The notes: generated by a model not told the origin, from the letters alone. A stretch of 64,000 nt of DNA from Gemmatimonadota bacterium (GCA_009692115.1 SHZU01000001.1:68345-132344), one strand, 5' to 3'; shown: positions 17,443 through 26,429, counted from the first letter of the stretch. Translations and numbers: made by a program.

Positions 17443-18183
17443 ATGACCATCCCGTCCTACTACTCTGACCGGGTAAACCTGGCGGCCGCCCTTCGGTCCG
17501 CTGAGCGCCTCGGACTCAACGAGGGCATCGACAACCACTTCAGCTACTCGGTCGAACCGTCCGGCCACCGGTTTTTGGTCAACCCCCTCGGGTTCCATTG
17601 GCGGGAGCTCAAGGCCAGCGACCTCGTCTTGGCTACGGCTGACCGGGAAATCCTCGAAGGCGCCCACGCGGTCGAGGACACGGCGTTCTTTATCCACTCC
17701 CGGCTCCATCTCAAACACCCCGGGGCCCGGGCCGTCCTTCATGCTCACATGCCGTACGCCACCGCGCTCACAGTCATCGAGGCGGGCCGGCTCGAGATGG
17801 TGTCGCAGAACGCGCTCCAGTTCGCGGGGCGGATCGCATATCTCGACGATTATGAAGGGCTGGCCCTCGACCACACCGAGGGCGACCGGATGGCCGCCGC
17901 CATGGGCGACAAGACCGTCCTGTTTCTGGGCCACCACGGCGTGATCATCACCGGTGCCTCGATTCACGCGGCCTGGAACGATCTCTACTTCCTGGAGCGG
18001 GCGGCGATGGTGCAGGTGCTGGCGATGTCGACCGGGCGCCCGCTCCGGCCGATTCCGGAGCGGGTGATTGCCGAGATGGTCAAGGCGATCAACAGCAACC
18101 CGGATGCGGTGGACCAGCCGCGAAAGCACCTCGAGGCGTTGAAACGGCTGCTCGACCGAGAAGCACCGGATTACCGCGACTAG
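17443..18183 (+). CDS. Class II aldolase/adducin-family protein
   Basis: FFIHSRLHLKHPGARAVLHAHMPYATAL, the aldolase_II metal-binding His region. ATG lies 1 nt after the upstream stop. Confidence 0.75.
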   Translation: MTIPSYYSDRVNLAAALRSAERLGLNEGIDNHFSYSVEPSGHRFLVNPLGFHWRELKASDLVLATADREILEGAHAVEDTAFFIHSRLHLKHPGARAVLHAHMPYATALTVIEAGRLEMVSQNALQFAGRIAYLDDYEGLALDHTEGDRMAAAMGDKTVLFLGHHGVIITGASIHAAWNDLYFLERAAMVQVLAMSTGRPLRPIPERVIAEMVKAINSNPDAVDQPRKHLEALKRLLDREAPDYRD

Positions 18184-18291
18184 CTTCATCGGAAAGCCTC
18201 CGCCGCCGACCCGATACCGGCCCGACACGCCAACCCACCGGCCGGACCAGATTCCCCCAGACGGCCCGGCTGGCGGATCTGAGACCATCCC

Positions 18292-18774
18292 ATGGATCGG
18301 CCAACCGGAAAATTCGGAATCATCGAGCAGACCTGGCGGCCTGTCGTCCGCCTGACGGCCTACTATGCGGTCCTCGCCGGCAACCTGACCTTCATGGACC
18401 CGGTCACCGGCAACGCGATGCTGGCCTATGCCAGGCTCAACGTGCCCGACGGGATGTGGAACCTCTACAACCGCCCGTTTGAAGCCGAACATTTCCGGCA
18501 GCCGGCGCTGGTGGAGACGTCGAGTGACGTCGACGTGCTCGGCGCCCGGTTCGATTCCGGCCGCCAGGTCCTCCGGCTCGCCGGTCGGAGTCGCGGCGGC
18601 AAGCCGACCCAGGCCACCCTTCAGCTGGCGAATGTGCCCGCCGACCGGGCATGGGTGGTCAGACGCGACCGGCGAGTCATCATGACCAGCCGTCAGGAAC
18701 GGCGCGACGACCGGCTCCGAGTAACGCTGCCCCTCAATCCGGGCACCACCCGACTGGAACTGGAGTTGGGCTGA
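18292..18774 (+). CDS. Hypothetical protein (160 aa), possibly a C-terminal remnant of a larger exported enzyme
   Basis: GC3-rich ORF. An in-frame stop lies 12 nt upstream of the ATG. No signal peptide. The beta-sandwich-like tail reads ...RLRVTLPLNPGTTRLELELG. Confidence 0.45.
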   Translation: MDRPTGKFGIIEQTWRPVVRLTAYYAVLAGNLTFMDPVTGNAMLAYARLNVPDGMWNLYNRPFEAEHFRQPALVETSSDVDVLGARFDSGRQVLRLAGRSRGGKPTQATLQLANVPADRAWVVRRDRRVIMTSRQERRDDRLRVTLPLNPGTTRLELELG

Positions 18775-18810
18775 GCTGCCGGAAGCCGGTGAGCGCCGGG
18801 CCGAGCGGGT

Positions 18811-19929
18811 CTACCGAGAGGCGGGCTTGGCCTTCAAAGAAGGCTCTACCAATTCGGCAACCTGGTGCGCAATGTCGCCCGGCTTGGATTCCGCGGCCGC
18901 GAGATTGACCAAGACGACCACCGTCAGGCGGTCATCGAGATAGCGGACGATGTGGGTCAAGAACCCTTGCCACCCCCCGCTATGCTCGACCAGCCGGTGC
19001 CCGGGCAGCCCGCCGATCCCCCATCCGAAACCATATGGATAGGTGGAACCGTCGTTCAGCTGGACCGGCGTCCACATCTGCTCGAGGCTCTCCTTCGGAA
19101 GCACCCGACCGGCCGCCAAGCCGGCATCCCATTTGGCCAAGTCGAGCACCGTGAAGTAGAGCGCGCCGTCCGCCGTCGAGTTGAGCGACGGCGACACCCA
19201 TTCCTGGTTCTTGAGCCCGCCGTCTTTCAGCACGTAGCCGGAGGCGCGATGGGGCACGATATCCGATTCACTGATGATCTTCGTCCCCATCCCGAGCGGC
19301 TTGAAGATCCGCTCGCTCAGCAGATCACCGTAGAAGGCGCCAGTGATCCGCCTCACCAGTGCGCCGAGCGTCAGGTAGGCCAGATTGCTATAGGACCACT
19401 CGGCCCCCGGGGCGAACAGCAGTGGCGTTTGATACACGACTTGGAGGAGCTGATCCTCGGTGTAGTCTCGGCGATAATCCATACTGGGCGGATAGTCACC
19501 CAAGCCGGAGGTATGGCTCAGCATCTGGCGGATCGTGATTGGGGCCCAACTCTTCGGCGCGTCGGGGAGGTGCTTTCGGATCGGGTCGTCGAGGCTCAGC
19601 TTGCCGTCTCCCACCAACACCATGATCAGGGTGGCCGTGAACTGTTTCCCGACCGAGCCGGATTGGTACACCGTCTCGGCAGTTGCCTTGGCATCCTGCT
19701 CCACGTTCGCGAGCCCGTAGCCCGCCGCATGGACAATCGCGCCATCGCGCATCACGGCGACCGAGACGCCGGGAATCTTCCGGGCTACCCGAATCGAATC
19801 GACCAGCCGGTCGATCCGGGGATCAACCGGGTACGGTGAGACGGCGGCGGCCGACTCGGGTTCGCGAGCCGGAGTGCAGCCACCGAAGCCGGCAAGCAGG
19901 ATCGCGACAAGGGCCAACCGGACTCGCAT
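18811..19929 (-). CDS. Serine hydrolase of the beta-lactamase/DD-peptidase fold (peptidase S12-like lipoprotein)
   Basis: MRVRLALVAILLAGFGGC lipobox. Motifs are SVGK (SxxK), YSN (YxN) and HSG (the KTG position). Confidence 0.8.
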   Translation of the reverse strand: MRVRLALVAILLAGFGGCTPAREPESAAAVSPYPVDPRIDRLVDSIRVARKIPGVSVAVMRDGAIVHAAGYGLANVEQDAKATAETVYQSGSVGKQFTATLIMVLVGDGKLSLDDPIRKHLPDAPKSWAPITIRQMLSHTSGLGDYPPSMDYRRDYTEDQLLQVVYQTPLLFAPGAEWSYSNLAYLTLGALVRRITGAFYGDLLSERIFKPLGMGTKIISESDIVPHRASGYVLKDGGLKNQEWVSPSLNSTADGALYFTVLDLAKWDAGLAAGRVLPKESLEQMWTPVQLNDGSTYPYGFGWGIGGLPGHRLVEHSGGWQGFLTHIVRYLDDRLTVVVLVNLAAAESKPGDIAHQVAELVEPSLKAKPASR

Positions 19930-20065
19930 CAGATTCCTGGGAAGAGACGGGCCTCATGGTATCGCCGGCGCGGGCCCCGGGCAAGGCGGTGCGGCTCGGC
20001 GACTCCCTGCGGCAATCGGTCGAGAGGACGAGTAGATTCATGAACAACCTTCCGAAGAGTTCTGC

Positions 20066-22402
20066 ATGTTCGTCCTATCCAGTCCCGTCCGTCTCGGCGG
20101 CGTGTTGGCAGTGCTGGCCGTTACCCTGCCGCTCCACCGCGCCTCCGCCCAACCCGACTACAACCGCGCGGACATGATGCGGATCGCCCCGAGTCGGCTC
20201 TACGGGGTCCCGCCTTGGGTCGAAGGGCTCGGGCTCGGAAGCCCGGAGTGGCTCGACGACAGCACCCGGTTTCGCTACCGGGTCAAAACCCCGCGGGGGG
20301 CCGAGTTCATCATCGTTGACCCGGTCAAGGGCACCCGTCGGCCCCTGTTCGACAACGCCCGGCTGGGCGCGGCCATGTCGGTGGCGGGCGACACCGCGTT
20401 CGACGGCACCAAGCTGCCGTTCCAAACCTTCAAGCTCCTCAAGAACGAAACCTCGATCGCCTTCCGGCTCGGCGCGAAGCGCTACGAGTGCGACCTGCTG
20501 GCGTATCGGTGCACCAAGGGCGACACCCTGACCACCGAACCACCGGCGTGGGCGGCGCTCTCGCCGGACGGCAAGTGGGCGGCCACGGTTCGGAAGGGCA
20601 ACCTCTGGGTTCGCCGAGTATCCGAGCCTCGGGACTCGATCCAACTGACGACCGACGGCTCGGCGGAGTTCGGCTACGGGTTCGGCGCGGCCGAGCGGCC
20701 GATGCCCGACCCGGACGCCCGGGCCCCGATGGTCGTGTGGTCACCGGACTCGAAGAGGCTCGCCACCGTCAAGGTCGATGAACGCGGCGTCACCAAGTTC
20801 CCGGTCTATTCATCGACCGGCACGGTGCCGAAGCTGTTTCAGTATCCGAACGCGGTGCCGAGCGACTCGATCGTCCCGACCTACGAAGTTCACGTCCTCG
20901 ATGTGGATCAAAAGAGCAATGTGACCGTGCAAGGGGTCAAGCCGGTGGCCAGCGTCTTTGGCTGGACCGGGCCCGGAATGATCCAGTGGAGCCCAAAGTC
21001 GGACCGGATCTATTTCATTGACGCGGCGCGGGCCAACCGGAGCGTCCGGCTCCTGACCGCCGATGCCACGACCGGAAGCTCCCGCCAAGTATTGGCGGAT
21101 TCACTCCCCACGTTTACCGAAAACGCCAGCGGGGTTGCCACCGGCAACTGGCGCCTGGTAGGCGACTCCGAGATCCTCTGGTGGTCGGAGCGGGACGGTT
21201 GGGGTCACCTCTACCGGTACGACACCGCCGGCAAATTACTTAATCAAGTCACCAGCGGGCCCTGGCTGGTGCAGTGGCTCAAATACGTCGACCCCGTGAC
21301 CCGCCAGATCTATTTCACCGCCCTCGGCAAAGACCCGGCCCACCCCTACTACGCCCGACTGATGCGGGTCGCGGCTGACGGCTCCGGATTGACCGACCTG
21401 ACCCCCGGTACCGGGCATCACTGGGTGTCATTCGTTCCGACCGGCAAATACTTCGTCGACACCGAGACCCGCCCCGACCTTCCGGCGGTCACGACCATCC
21501 GGTCCGCGCTCGATGGGCGGAAGACGCTCGACGTCGAGACGGCTGATGCCTCCGAAATGCTGAAGCTCGGCTGGACCGCGCCGACCCCGTTCACCGTGAA
21601 AGCCCGCGACGGCCTCACCGACCTCTATGGATTCGTGTACCTCCCGTCCAAGATCGACACGACGAAGAAGTACCCGGTCATCGTCTACATCTACCCCGGC
21701 CCGCAGATCGGGACGGTCATTCACTACGGCTACCAAACCAACGGCGAGCGCCGGGGGCTCGCGGAACTCGGCTTCGTCGTGATCGAGGTCAATGCCCTCG
21801 GCACGCCCGGGCGGTCAAAGGCCTTTCACGACGCCTACTTCGGCAACATGGCCGACAACGGCATCCCGGACCAGATCGCGGCGACCAAACAGCTCGGATC
21901 CCGGTACCGCTTCATGGACCTCGACCGAGTCGGGATCTACGGCCATTCAGGCGGCGGTTTCTCGTCCACCGGCGCGATCCTTCGGTATCCGGATTTCTTC
22001 AAGGTGGCGGTGTCAGGGGCCGGCAATCACGATAACCGAAGCTACCGGTTCGATTGGGGCGAGAAATACCAGGGGCGTTTCAAGAAGGATACCCTGACGG
22101 GACGTGACAACTTCGAGTCCCAGGCCAACTACCTCCTGGCCGGCAACCTGAAAGGCCGCCTGTTGCTGATGCACGGCGACATGGACACCAATGTGCATCC
22201 AGCGATGACATACCGGTTGGTCGACGCGCTCATCAAGGCCGGCAAGGACTTCGACATGCTGGTGGTGCCCGAAGCGGAGCACGGGCTGCCCGCGTATACC
22301 ATCAAGAAGCGGTGGGACTATTTCGTCCGGTGGTTGGCGGGCGGAGAACCGGACCAGAGCTATCGCCTGATCTCCTGCGACGATCCGATCTGCTTGTACT
22401 AG
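20066..22402 (+). CDS. Peptidase S9, dipeptidyl-peptidase IV-like (beta-propeller plus alpha/beta hydrolase)
   Basis: Signal peptide MFVLSSPVRLGGVLAVLAVTLPLHRASAQ. Nucleophile GIYGHSGGGF. Acid and His motifs GDMDTNV and PEAEHGL. Confidence 0.85.
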   Translation: MFVLSSPVRLGGVLAVLAVTLPLHRASAQPDYNRADMMRIAPSRLYGVPPWVEGLGLGSPEWLDDSTRFRYRVKTPRGAEFIIVDPVKGTRRPLFDNARLGAAMSVAGDTAFDGTKLPFQTFKLLKNETSIAFRLGAKRYECDLLAYRCTKGDTLTTEPPAWAALSPDGKWAATVRKGNLWVRRVSEPRDSIQLTTDGSAEFGYGFGAAERPMPDPDARAPMVVWSPDSKRLATVKVDERGVTKFPVYSSTGTVPKLFQYPNAVPSDSIVPTYEVHVLDVDQKSNVTVQGVKPVASVFGWTGPGMIQWSPKSDRIYFIDAARANRSVRLLTADATTGSSRQVLADSLPTFTENASGVATGNWRLVGDSEILWWSERDGWGHLYRYDTAGKLLNQVTSGPWLVQWLKYVDPVTRQIYFTALGKDPAHPYYARLMRVAADGSGLTDLTPGTGHHWVSFVPTGKYFVDTETRPDLPAVTTIRSALDGRKTLDVETADASEMLKLGWTAPTPFTVKARDGLTDLYGFVYLPSKIDTTKKYPVIVYIYPGPQIGTVIHYGYQTNGERRGLAELGFVVIEVNALGTPGRSKAFHDAYFGNMADNGIPDQIAATKQLGSRYRFMDLDRVGIYGHSGGGFSSTGAILRYPDFFKVAVSGAGNHDNRSYRFDWGEKYQGRFKKDTLTGRDNFESQANYLLAGNLKGRLLLMHGDMDTNVHPAMTYRLVDALIKAGKDFDMLVVPEAEHGLPAYTIKKRWDYFVRWLAGGEPDQSYRLISCDDPICLY

Positions 22403-23700
22403 CGGAGCTTGATGACCTCCCCGCCCTTCATCACGAACGTGACGGCGGCGAGGGTGTTCGGCTCCGTCAGCGGATTGGCCTTGACCGCGATCAGGTCGGC
22501 GAACTTTCCGGGTTCCACCGTCCCGATCCGGTCGGACCAGCCCAGCAGTTCGGCCGCCCGGATCGTCGCCGTCTGGATCGCCATCAGCGCCGGCATTCCG
22601 TTCTCGACGTAGGTGGCAAACTGCCGGCCGGTGAGACCGTGCGGCATGGTGCCCGCGTCGGTGCCGAACACGATGTTCACCCCGGCCGCCAATGCTTTCT
22701 TGTAGCTGGCCACGGCGTAGGGATGAAGCACCTTGGCCCGGGCTAGACTCCCCGCGCTGAAGTTGTTCTCGGCACCGTGCGCGATGATCCACTCGCCGTT
22801 GTAGAGGTCGACGACCAAGGCCACGTTGTGCTCCTTGAGCATCCGAATCGCCTCGTCGTCCAGCAGACTTCCGTGCTCGATCGATTCGACGCCGGCCCGG
22901 ATCGCGAGCTTGATGGCCTCGGTGCCGTGCGCGTGGGCCGTGGCCTTCTTCCGCCGCCGATGGGCCTCGTCGACGATGGCCTTCATTTCTTCGAAGGAAA
23001 GGTGGATGTCGTCGGGGAGCGTCCCCCGCCCCGAGACGCCGCCGCTGGCGCAGAACTTGACCCAATCGGCCCCGTACTTGAACGCGAACCGGGTCTTCCC
23101 GATCAGTCCCTCAGCTCCGTCGGCCACGCCTTCGTCGTTGTATTTGAACTCGGGCGACAGGAACGTGTAGTCGCAGTGGGTGCCGGTCCCGCCCACCATC
23201 GGCCCGGACACCTGAAGCCGGGGCCCGACGATCTCTCCTTGATTGATCCCGTCCCGCACCGCCACATCGGAGAAGTAGTTATTGCCGAGCGAGCGGCCGG
23301 CGGTGAAGCCGGCCTCGATCATCTTGCGGGCATTCTTGACCCCGAGAATCGCGAACCGAGCCGCGGACGCCGCGTGATAGTCGGGGCCCCGGAGTTGCGG
23401 CTCGTCGTTGATGTGGACGTGGGCGTCGATCAGGCCCGGCAGGACGTACGAACCACTCAAATCGACCACCGGGAGCGACCCGGGCGGCGGCGTGGACCCG
23501 ACGGAGACGATGCGATCGCCCGCAACGACGATGAAGGCATTGTCCGTCCACTGCCCGGTTCGGACATCGAGCAGGTGACCGGCCTTGACGACCAACCGCG
23601 GCGCCGGCCGGTCCCCTTGGGCCACGAGCAGACGAGGAGCGAGTGCGGCCGGCCCTGCCAAGGCTCCGACGATCAACCGGCCGAGGATCGCGGATCTCAC
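22399..23700 (-). CDS. Amidohydrolase-superfamily metallo-hydrolase (COG1228-like), exported
   Basis: PGLIDAHVHI HxH motif. A GTG at 23700 overlaps the upstream TGA (GTGA) and gives the signal-like VRSAILGRLIVGALAGPAALAP. Confidence 0.75.
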   Translation of the reverse strand: MRSAILGRLIVGALAGPAALAPRLLVAQGDRPAPRLVVKAGHLLDVRTGQWTDNAFIVVAGDRIVSVGSTPPPGSLPVVDLSGSYVLPGLIDAHVHINDEPQLRGPDYHAASAARFAILGVKNARKMIEAGFTAGRSLGNNYFSDVAVRDGINQGEIVGPRLQVSGPMVGGTGTHCDYTFLSPEFKYNDEGVADGAEGLIGKTRFAFKYGADWVKFCASGGVSGRGTLPDDIHLSFEEMKAIVDEAHRRRKKATAHAHGTEAIKLAIRAGVESIEHGSLLDDEAIRMLKEHNVALVVDLYNGEWIIAHGAENNFSAGSLARAKVLHPYAVASYKKALAAGVNIVFGTDAGTMPHGLTGRQFATYVENGMPALMAIQTATIRAAELLGWSDRIGTVEPGKFADLIAVKANPLTEPNTLAAVTFVMKGGEVIKLR

Positions 23701-24164
23701 AGGTTCACTGGCCCTGAGTCGAGGTGCCAGCCGGGATGGAGCCAGCGGCCGTCCTTCCACCGGAACACCTCCGGGGCCCGGCCCTTCTGAGTCGTCTGCT
23801 CGCCGCTACTCGAGGCGAACACCAACTCGTAGTTCGAGTACATCACCACCACGTCGCCCATCGCCTGGGTCGTGGTCTTTGGAAACGTCAGCGACACCAG
23901 TTTGGATCCGCTCGCTCCAAAGTCCCGGGACCCCGCCAAGGTCGTCTCTTTGGAGTCCCAGACGTCCGAACCAAACCCAATGCCGACGAAGTCGTCCGTC
24001 AACACATCGGCCAACGCCGCCGAACCGGCGAACCATTCGCGCCAGACCTGCTCCCGGGTGGTGGTCAAGGTCGTTTCCCAATCGGCGGGTAACGAGGGCT
24101 TCGGCTGGGGCGCACACGCCGCCAGCGACAAAAGGGCGACGGCGACGCCGGTCAAACGCTGCAT
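23697..24164 (-). CDS. NTF2/SnoaL-like (DUF4440-like) lipoprotein
   Basis: ATG at 24164 gives MQRLTGVAVALLSLAAC (lipobox). The C-terminal FRWKDGRWLHPGWH is typical of DUF4440/SnoaL folds. Confidence 0.55.
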   Translation of the reverse strand: MQRLTGVAVALLSLAACAPQPKPSLPADWETTLTTTREQVWREWFAGSAALADVLTDDFVGIGFGSDVWDSKETTLAGSRDFGASGSKLVSLTFPKTTTQAMGDVVVMYSNYELVFASSSGEQTTQKGRAPEVFRWKDGRWLHPGWHLDSGPVNL

Positions 24165-24243
24165 TGGGGGACTCCTCAATTGGGCCGGATTCGATGGCAA
24201 TGGAAAGTACAAATCTGCGCCCTGAAGGGGCGACGCGGAAGGG

Positions 24244-24573
24244 TCAGGCCGGACGGGGCGACCGCAGCGCGCGACGGAGCCACCACCCGACGAACCCCAC
24301 GAGAGCAACCGAGAGGACGCCGCCCGCGAGCACCGGGAAGAGCACCAACCCCGCAACGCCGAGTGCCTGCTGCAGCGCGGGAGAAGGCGGTTCAGCCACC
24401 CGCCACCGGTTCCCGAACTCGTTCAAGGTGGCCAACGGACACACCCCGCGCCAAGCCACCGGGGTCACGAACAGCGACACCGCCACCAGCGGAATGGCCG
24501 CACCCCAGACCATGACCAATCCCTGAGCCGGAGCCCAAACCCAAATGGCAAGCACCGCGACGAGGGCCGCCAT
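24244..24573 (-). CDS. Small integral membrane protein, unknown function
   Basis: ATG at 24573 gives MAALVAVLAIWVWAPAQGLVMVWGAAIPLVAVSLF.... Three or four hydrophobic helices. The start is uncertain. Confidence 0.4.
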   Translation of the reverse strand: MAALVAVLAIWVWAPAQGLVMVWGAAIPLVAVSLFVTPVAWRGVCPLATLNEFGNRWRVAEPPSPALQQALGVAGLVLFPVLAGGVLSVALVGFVGWWLRRALRSPRPA

Positions 24574-24751
24574 GGCGGTCCACCTCGCGGCGCGCCAGAG
24601 CAAAGCCGTTCGGTTGGACCGAATGAGTATGTGAGTCTTAGGCACCAGCCGGCTCCCGGCAATCCGATCGAACCACCACCCGCTCGACAGCCGCCCGTCC
24701 AATCGGTACCTTCGTACCGAGCCCCCTCGTCGGCCCCTACTCGGAGTCACC

Positions 24752-26065
24752 ATGACCCTGTTCTCCCGGGCGCTCGTCGCCCTCGCCCTCGCCCTCGCTG
24801 GAGCTGGTTCGGCGGCCGCCCAAGTCACCGCGATCAAGGCCGGCCGCCTCATCGACCCCGTAACCGGAACGGTGGCCACCAATCAGATCATCCTGATCCA
24901 GGACGGCAAGTTCACCGCCGTCGGCACCAATCTCACGATTCCAGCCGGCGCCGAGATCGTAGATCTCTCCGCGCTGACGGTACTGCCCGGCCTGGTCGAT
25001 GCCCACAATCATTTGGCGCTGACCTACAAGAAAGTGCCCGAGAACGACGTCTACTACCTGACCTACGTCATGGAAGGCACCCCGCTTCGCGCCATCCAGG
25101 CCGTTTCGAACGGGATCCAGATGCTCTCGTCCGGCTTCACCATCGTCCGCGACATGGGCAACAACGGCAACTATGCCGACGCCGCCCTCCGCGTGGCCGT
25201 CGAACAGGGCTGGATTCCCGGACCCACCATCATCAACTCGGGCATCATCATCGGAGGGATGGGCGGCCAGTTCTGGCCCACGCCGGAAATGGCCGTCGGC
25301 AAAGGGATCGTCTATCCCGAATACCTCGACGCCGACACCCCCGATGAAATCGTCAAGGCCATTCGGCAGAACTTGCTGTTTGGTGCCACCGTCATCAAGA
25401 TCTGCGTCGATTGCAAGCCATGGGGATACACTGCGGACGAAATCCGGTTGGTCATCGCCGAGTCGGCCAAGGCCGGCGTCAAGGTCGAAGGGCATGTCCA
25501 GACCGTCGATGGGGCCAGGCGGGCGATCGGCGCTGGGATTTGGTCGATTGCCCACGACATCGGCCTCACCGACGAGATGCACAAGCTGATGGCCGAAAAG
25601 GGCACCTTCCGAGCCGGCACCGAAACCCCGCTCACCCTGACGGGCCACACGACGCCGGACGGTTACGCCGCCACCGTGCGCGGCCTCAAAAACGCCTACG
25701 ACAACAAGGTCGCCATCACGTTCTCGACCGACGCGGACTATTACGTGCCAGGCAAGACCCGGGGCGAAGTCGCCATCGAGTTTCTCGAAACCTGGAAAGC
25801 CGCGGGCATTCCGCCCGTCGATATTCTCCGCGCCATGACCGTCACCGGATACCGGGTCAGTGAAACCCTGGAGACCCGGGGCCTGATCAAGCCGGGCCTC
25901 GCCGCCGACCTGATCGCCGTGGCCGGTAATCCGCTCCGGGACATCGACGCGCTCCGGAATGTCCGGTTCGTGCTCAAAGATGGCAAGGTCTTCAAGAAGG
26001 ATGGCGTGATGACACCCGAGAAATTCTTCAACCCCGGCCCCGTCAACGGCTGGCGCATTCGCTGA
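24752..26065 (+). CDS. Amidohydrolase-superfamily metallo-hydrolase (second paralogue), exported
   Basis: SD GGAG plus ATG at 24752. Signal peptide MTLFSRALVALALALAGAGSAAAQ. HxH motif PGLVDAHNHL. Confidence 0.8.
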   Translation: MTLFSRALVALALALAGAGSAAAQVTAIKAGRLIDPVTGTVATNQIILIQDGKFTAVGTNLTIPAGAEIVDLSALTVLPGLVDAHNHLALTYKKVPENDVYYLTYVMEGTPLRAIQAVSNGIQMLSSGFTIVRDMGNNGNYADAALRVAVEQGWIPGPTIINSGIIIGGMGGQFWPTPEMAVGKGIVYPEYLDADTPDEIVKAIRQNLLFGATVIKICVDCKPWGYTADEIRLVIAESAKAGVKVEGHVQTVDGARRAIGAGIWSIAHDIGLTDEMHKLMAEKGTFRAGTETPLTLTGHTTPDGYAATVRGLKNAYDNKVAITFSTDADYYVPGKTRGEVAIEFLETWKAAGIPPVDILRAMTVTGYRVSETLETRGLIKPGLAADLIAVAGNPLRDIDALRNVRFVLKDGKVFKKDGVMTPEKFFNPGPVNGWRIR

Positions 26066-26067
26066 CG

Positions 26068-26220
26068 ATGAAGTCGTTCCGGTACCACGAGGGGCAACGG
26101 GCCGTCCAACACGAGGCGAACTCGATCCAGTGCGCCGACAAGTTGAGCACGTGGGTCGGCCCCGTAGCAGCGTTCACCGCGATCGCCGACCTGATCGTCC
26201 TCGCGAGCCCCGCGGAAACC
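26068..26220 (+). pseudogene. N-terminal fragment of a pyridoxamine-5'-phosphate-oxidase-family (FMN-binding split-barrel) gene
   Basis: MKSFRYHEGQRAVQHEA...IADLIVLASPAETG resembles the FHEGERAVQ...vlat.d.dG start of PNPOx-like proteins. Similarity is lost after about 50 aa. Confidence 0.3.
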
Positions 26221-26228
26221 GGGATTGG

Positions 26229-26429
26229 GAGCGGCGCGACGGCCGATTCGAGCGGAGTGTCAGCTTACTCCAACCGGTGGTGTCCGACGACATTCGCGCC
26301 CAATTCACGAACGGCGTATTGACGGTGGTCTTGCCGACAACGGACGAGGCCAAACCTCGCCGGATTCAGATCGAGGGTCATAACATGGGCCAGGATCTTG
26401 ACCTCGAGGCCCGGAGCGCCGCACGTTAG
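26229..26429 (+). pseudogene. C-terminal fragment of an Hsp20/alpha-crystallin gene
   Basis: ERRDGRFERSVSLLQPVVSDDIRAQFTNGVLTVVLPTTDEAKPRRIQIEG matches the canonical Hsp20 C-terminus (G.F.R...LP..v....i.A...nGVL.v.lPK....pr.I.I). The roughly 90 N-terminal residues are absent. Confidence 0.6.

Noticed and set aside
17389-18492. 367-aa minus-strand ORF over the aldolase gene
   Set aside because: No domain signal was seen, and it lies antisense to a well-supported class II aldolase ORF.
23585-24526. 313-aa plus-strand ORF across the SnoaL-like and membrane-protein genes
   Set aside because: It is a Pro/Arg/Ser/Thr-rich shadow ORF. The minus-strand genes have a lipobox and TM helices.
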